Assembly (NCBI GenBank): GCA_951406725.2
Contig: OX597832.1
Span: forward strand, 248,001 to 312,000
Reading direction: 5' to 3'
DNA from: Octopus vulgaris
Taxonomy: Eukaryota
DNA: 64,000 nt
Below are positions 61,240 to 64,000 of the stretch, piece after piece. A program made the position numbers and the translations under genes. The notes under the pieces were generated by a model, which saw nothing but the letters and a program-made list of their open reading frames with translations, did not search any database and was not told the DNA's origin. Each line of letters begins with the position of its first letter. Positions within the stretch are counted from its first letter, which is position 1.

Positions 61240-61957
61240 GGATCTTTTCGGTTTGAATGGCAGTTTTTAACATAATTTCTAGGTAACTGAAAAATTTTAA
61301 ACTTCGTATACTAGTAGAATGTGTTTATAAAACATCATTTTCTCTTGGCTTTCTTGAGAAAATTCTATAGTTTGTAAGATATTTCGTCTTTAATTTTTTG
61401 CATTTCGGCAATTTTAACCAATCACTGGCGTCCATTGAGTTAAATAGCATTGTGCTGTATGAATATGTCCCTCGTTTAAGAAACTGATTGAGTTTATTTA
61501 CATTTGTGAAGAAAAAAGATACCCTTCCCCCACCCCTAACCCTAACCAACCCTAAATCGAAAATAGATTGAAATGCAATAGATTGATACTCGGGTCATAA
61601 TTATGGGTGACAATTTCATATGACACCGCAAGAAAAAACTGCCATTTTCTCTAGCGGTGTCATATGAAATTGTCATCCATAATTATGACCCGAGTATCGA
61701 TCTATTGTATTTCAATCTATTTTAGATTTAGGGTTAGTTAGGGTTAGGGTATATTTTTTTCTTCACAAATGTAAATAAACCCAATCTGTTTCTTAAATGA
61801 GGGACATATTCATACAGCACAGAATGTTGTTTACCACAATGGACGCCAGTGATTGGTTAAAATTGCCGAAATGTAAGAAATTAAAGACGAAATATCTTAC
61901 AAACTATAGAATTTTCTCAAGGAAGCCAAGAGAAAAAGATGTTTTATAAACACATTC
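61240..61957. mobile_element. Inverted dimer of a MITE-like element containing telomere-type repeats
   Basis: 61318-61637 is mirrored at 61644-61957. (CCCTAA)n at 61533-61555, (TTAGGG)n at 61727-61750. Internal TIR-like GGCAGTTTTT (61259) / AAAAACTGCC (61634). Confidence 0.75.
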
Positions 61958-62273
61958 ATAGGGCTTCAAAGTCAATAGGCAAAAAAAGAGTGATCTAGCA
62001 GTGGTCTAGGGAAAAAAATTACGGGTTATTTCCATATAAAGGGGGAACCAGTATGTTTTAAAAGTTGTGAAAAGAATAATACAAGAAAATTACTAATATG
62101 TCTAGAAAGAGAGCACTACCTATGTTATCATAAAGTTTATTCTATTGTTACCTGTCCCCTACGAGCATAGTGTGCCTGCATACCCATGCCCAGAGATAAC
62201 ACAGGTAACTAATACCGATAGTAAGCATGGATATGTTATCCCTTAGTCGGTTACTACAACCGCTAACCTTTGG

Positions 62274-62316
<43 letters not shown>

Positions 62317-62322
62317 ATATAT

Positions 62323-62416
<94 letters not shown>

Positions 62417-62645
62417 TATGGACAAGGCTACGTGGCATTCGATTATAAAAATAAAAGATGCACAGGACATCACCAACGAGTGAAGAATACATACAGAGAT
62501 AAGTTCTGTATGTAATGTGTATTTTTTCAGGTTCAGTCCCACTGTGTGGCACCTTGGGCCGACCAAAGCCTTCTGAGTGGATTTGGTAAACAAAAACTAA
62601 AAGAAGCACGTCATATATGTGTGTGTGTATATATACGTTAAAAAC

Positions 62646-62711
<66 letters not shown>

Positions 62712-62739
62712 CATAATGGAGTCATACTAGTTCATAATG

Positions 62740-64000
62740 TAGTCATACCCAATGACTGGCGTAGCAGCAACATAGTCAACTGCTACAAGGGTAAGGGTGA
62801 TGCTCTAGATAGAAATAACTACAGGGGTATTAAACTGTTGGATCAGGTGATGAAGGTCACAGAGAGGGTCATAACCCATCTCATTAGGGAGAGAATTTGC
62901 TTAGATGAGATGCAGTTCGGTTTTGTGCCGGGTAGAAGCACCACTGATGCTATATTCCTGGTCCGACAACTGCAGGAGAAGTACCTAGCTAAAGATAAAC
63001 CCCTCTACATAGCTTTTGTGGACTTGGAGAAAGCCTTTGACAGGGTCCCCCGATCCCTTATCTGATGGTCGATGCGGAAACTGGATATTGACGAATGGCT
63101 AATAAGGGCTGTACAGGCTCTATACAGAGAGGCTGCCAGCAAGGTTAGGATTGGCAACGAATATAGTGAAGAATTCCGGGTAGAAGTAGGTGTACACCAA
63201 GGCTCAGCCCTCAGTCCCCTTTTATTCATCATAGTCCTCCAGGCAATAACAGAGGAATTCAAAACAGGTTGCCCCTCTATGCTGATGACCTGGCTCTCAT
63301 AGCAGAATCACTACCGGAACTAGAAAAGAAATTTCGGGTGTGGAAACAAGGGTTAGAATCAAAGGGCCTTAGAGTAAATGTAGCAAAGACCAAAGTTATA
63401 GTAAGCAGAAAGGCGAACTCAGCACACACCCCATCAGGCAAGTGGCCCTGCTCGAGCTGTAGGAAAGGTGTAGGTAGAAACTTCATAAGATGCACCCAGT
63501 GTAAGCTATGGATGCATAAGAGGTGCAGCAACATCAAAGGGAAATTAACTGATAAGATAGCTTTCATGTGTGGCAGATGCACAGGGACAATAGACACCAC
63601 AAATACTCAGAAAACAGATTCCATCACACTCCAGGGGAGAAACTAGAAGTAGTTGATAGTTTCCGCTACCTGGGTGACCAAGTTAGTAGTGGAGGTGGAT
63701 GCTCAGAGTGTCACCACTAGAATACGAATAGCCTGGGCAAAGTTTAGAAAGCTCCTACCCCTACTGGCGACAAAGGGTCTCTCACTCAGAGTGAAAGGTA
63801 GATTGTATGATGCATGTGTGCGAACTGCCATGCTTCGCGGCAGTGAAACATGGGCCGTGACTGCAGAGGACATGCGTAGACTTGAAAGAAATGAAGCTAG
63901 CATGATCCGCTGGATGTGTAATGTCAGTGTGAATGCATGACAGAGTGTAAGCACCCTGAGAGAAATGCTAGGCATAAGAAGCATCAGATGCGGTGTGCAA
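62740..64000 (+). mobile_element. RTE family A RT region, frameshifted, runs off the window
   Basis: IPNDWRSS...FVDLEKAFD, GVHQGSALSP, LYADDL and the PHD-like finger. Confidence 0.93.

Noticed and set aside
62148-62714. [12 protein letters not shown]-rich ORFs here and elsewhere, and antisense ORFs over LINEs and WTAP
   Set aside because: These are translations of microsatellites or shadows of real frames.

Overview
This is animal (eukaryotic) genomic DNA: AT-rich, full of microsatellites and dominated by transposons. The SINE/RTE repertoire looks like an octopus-type cephalopod (inference). One host gene is recognisable: the last two coding exons of WTAP/fl(2)d, the m6A writer-complex subunit (+ strand, 14158-14312 and 27703-28898). 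The rest is intron or intergenic DNA with two RTE LINE families, tRNA-derived SINEs, mariner/maT/pogo transposons, Helitron-like and piggyBac-like miniatures, and Penelope-like element (PLE) fragments. The strongest unannotated signal is a set of more than ten type I hammerhead-ribozyme (HHR) motifs from several unrelated short PLE/retrozyme-like families. Three or four have an intact catalytic core, one has a U3-A8 covariant core, and one family carries a tRNA-like cassette just upstream. Many of the window's fold-back palindromes and truncated copies break at or within a few nt of the predicted self-cleavage site. All folds were read by eye; none has been computed or tested.
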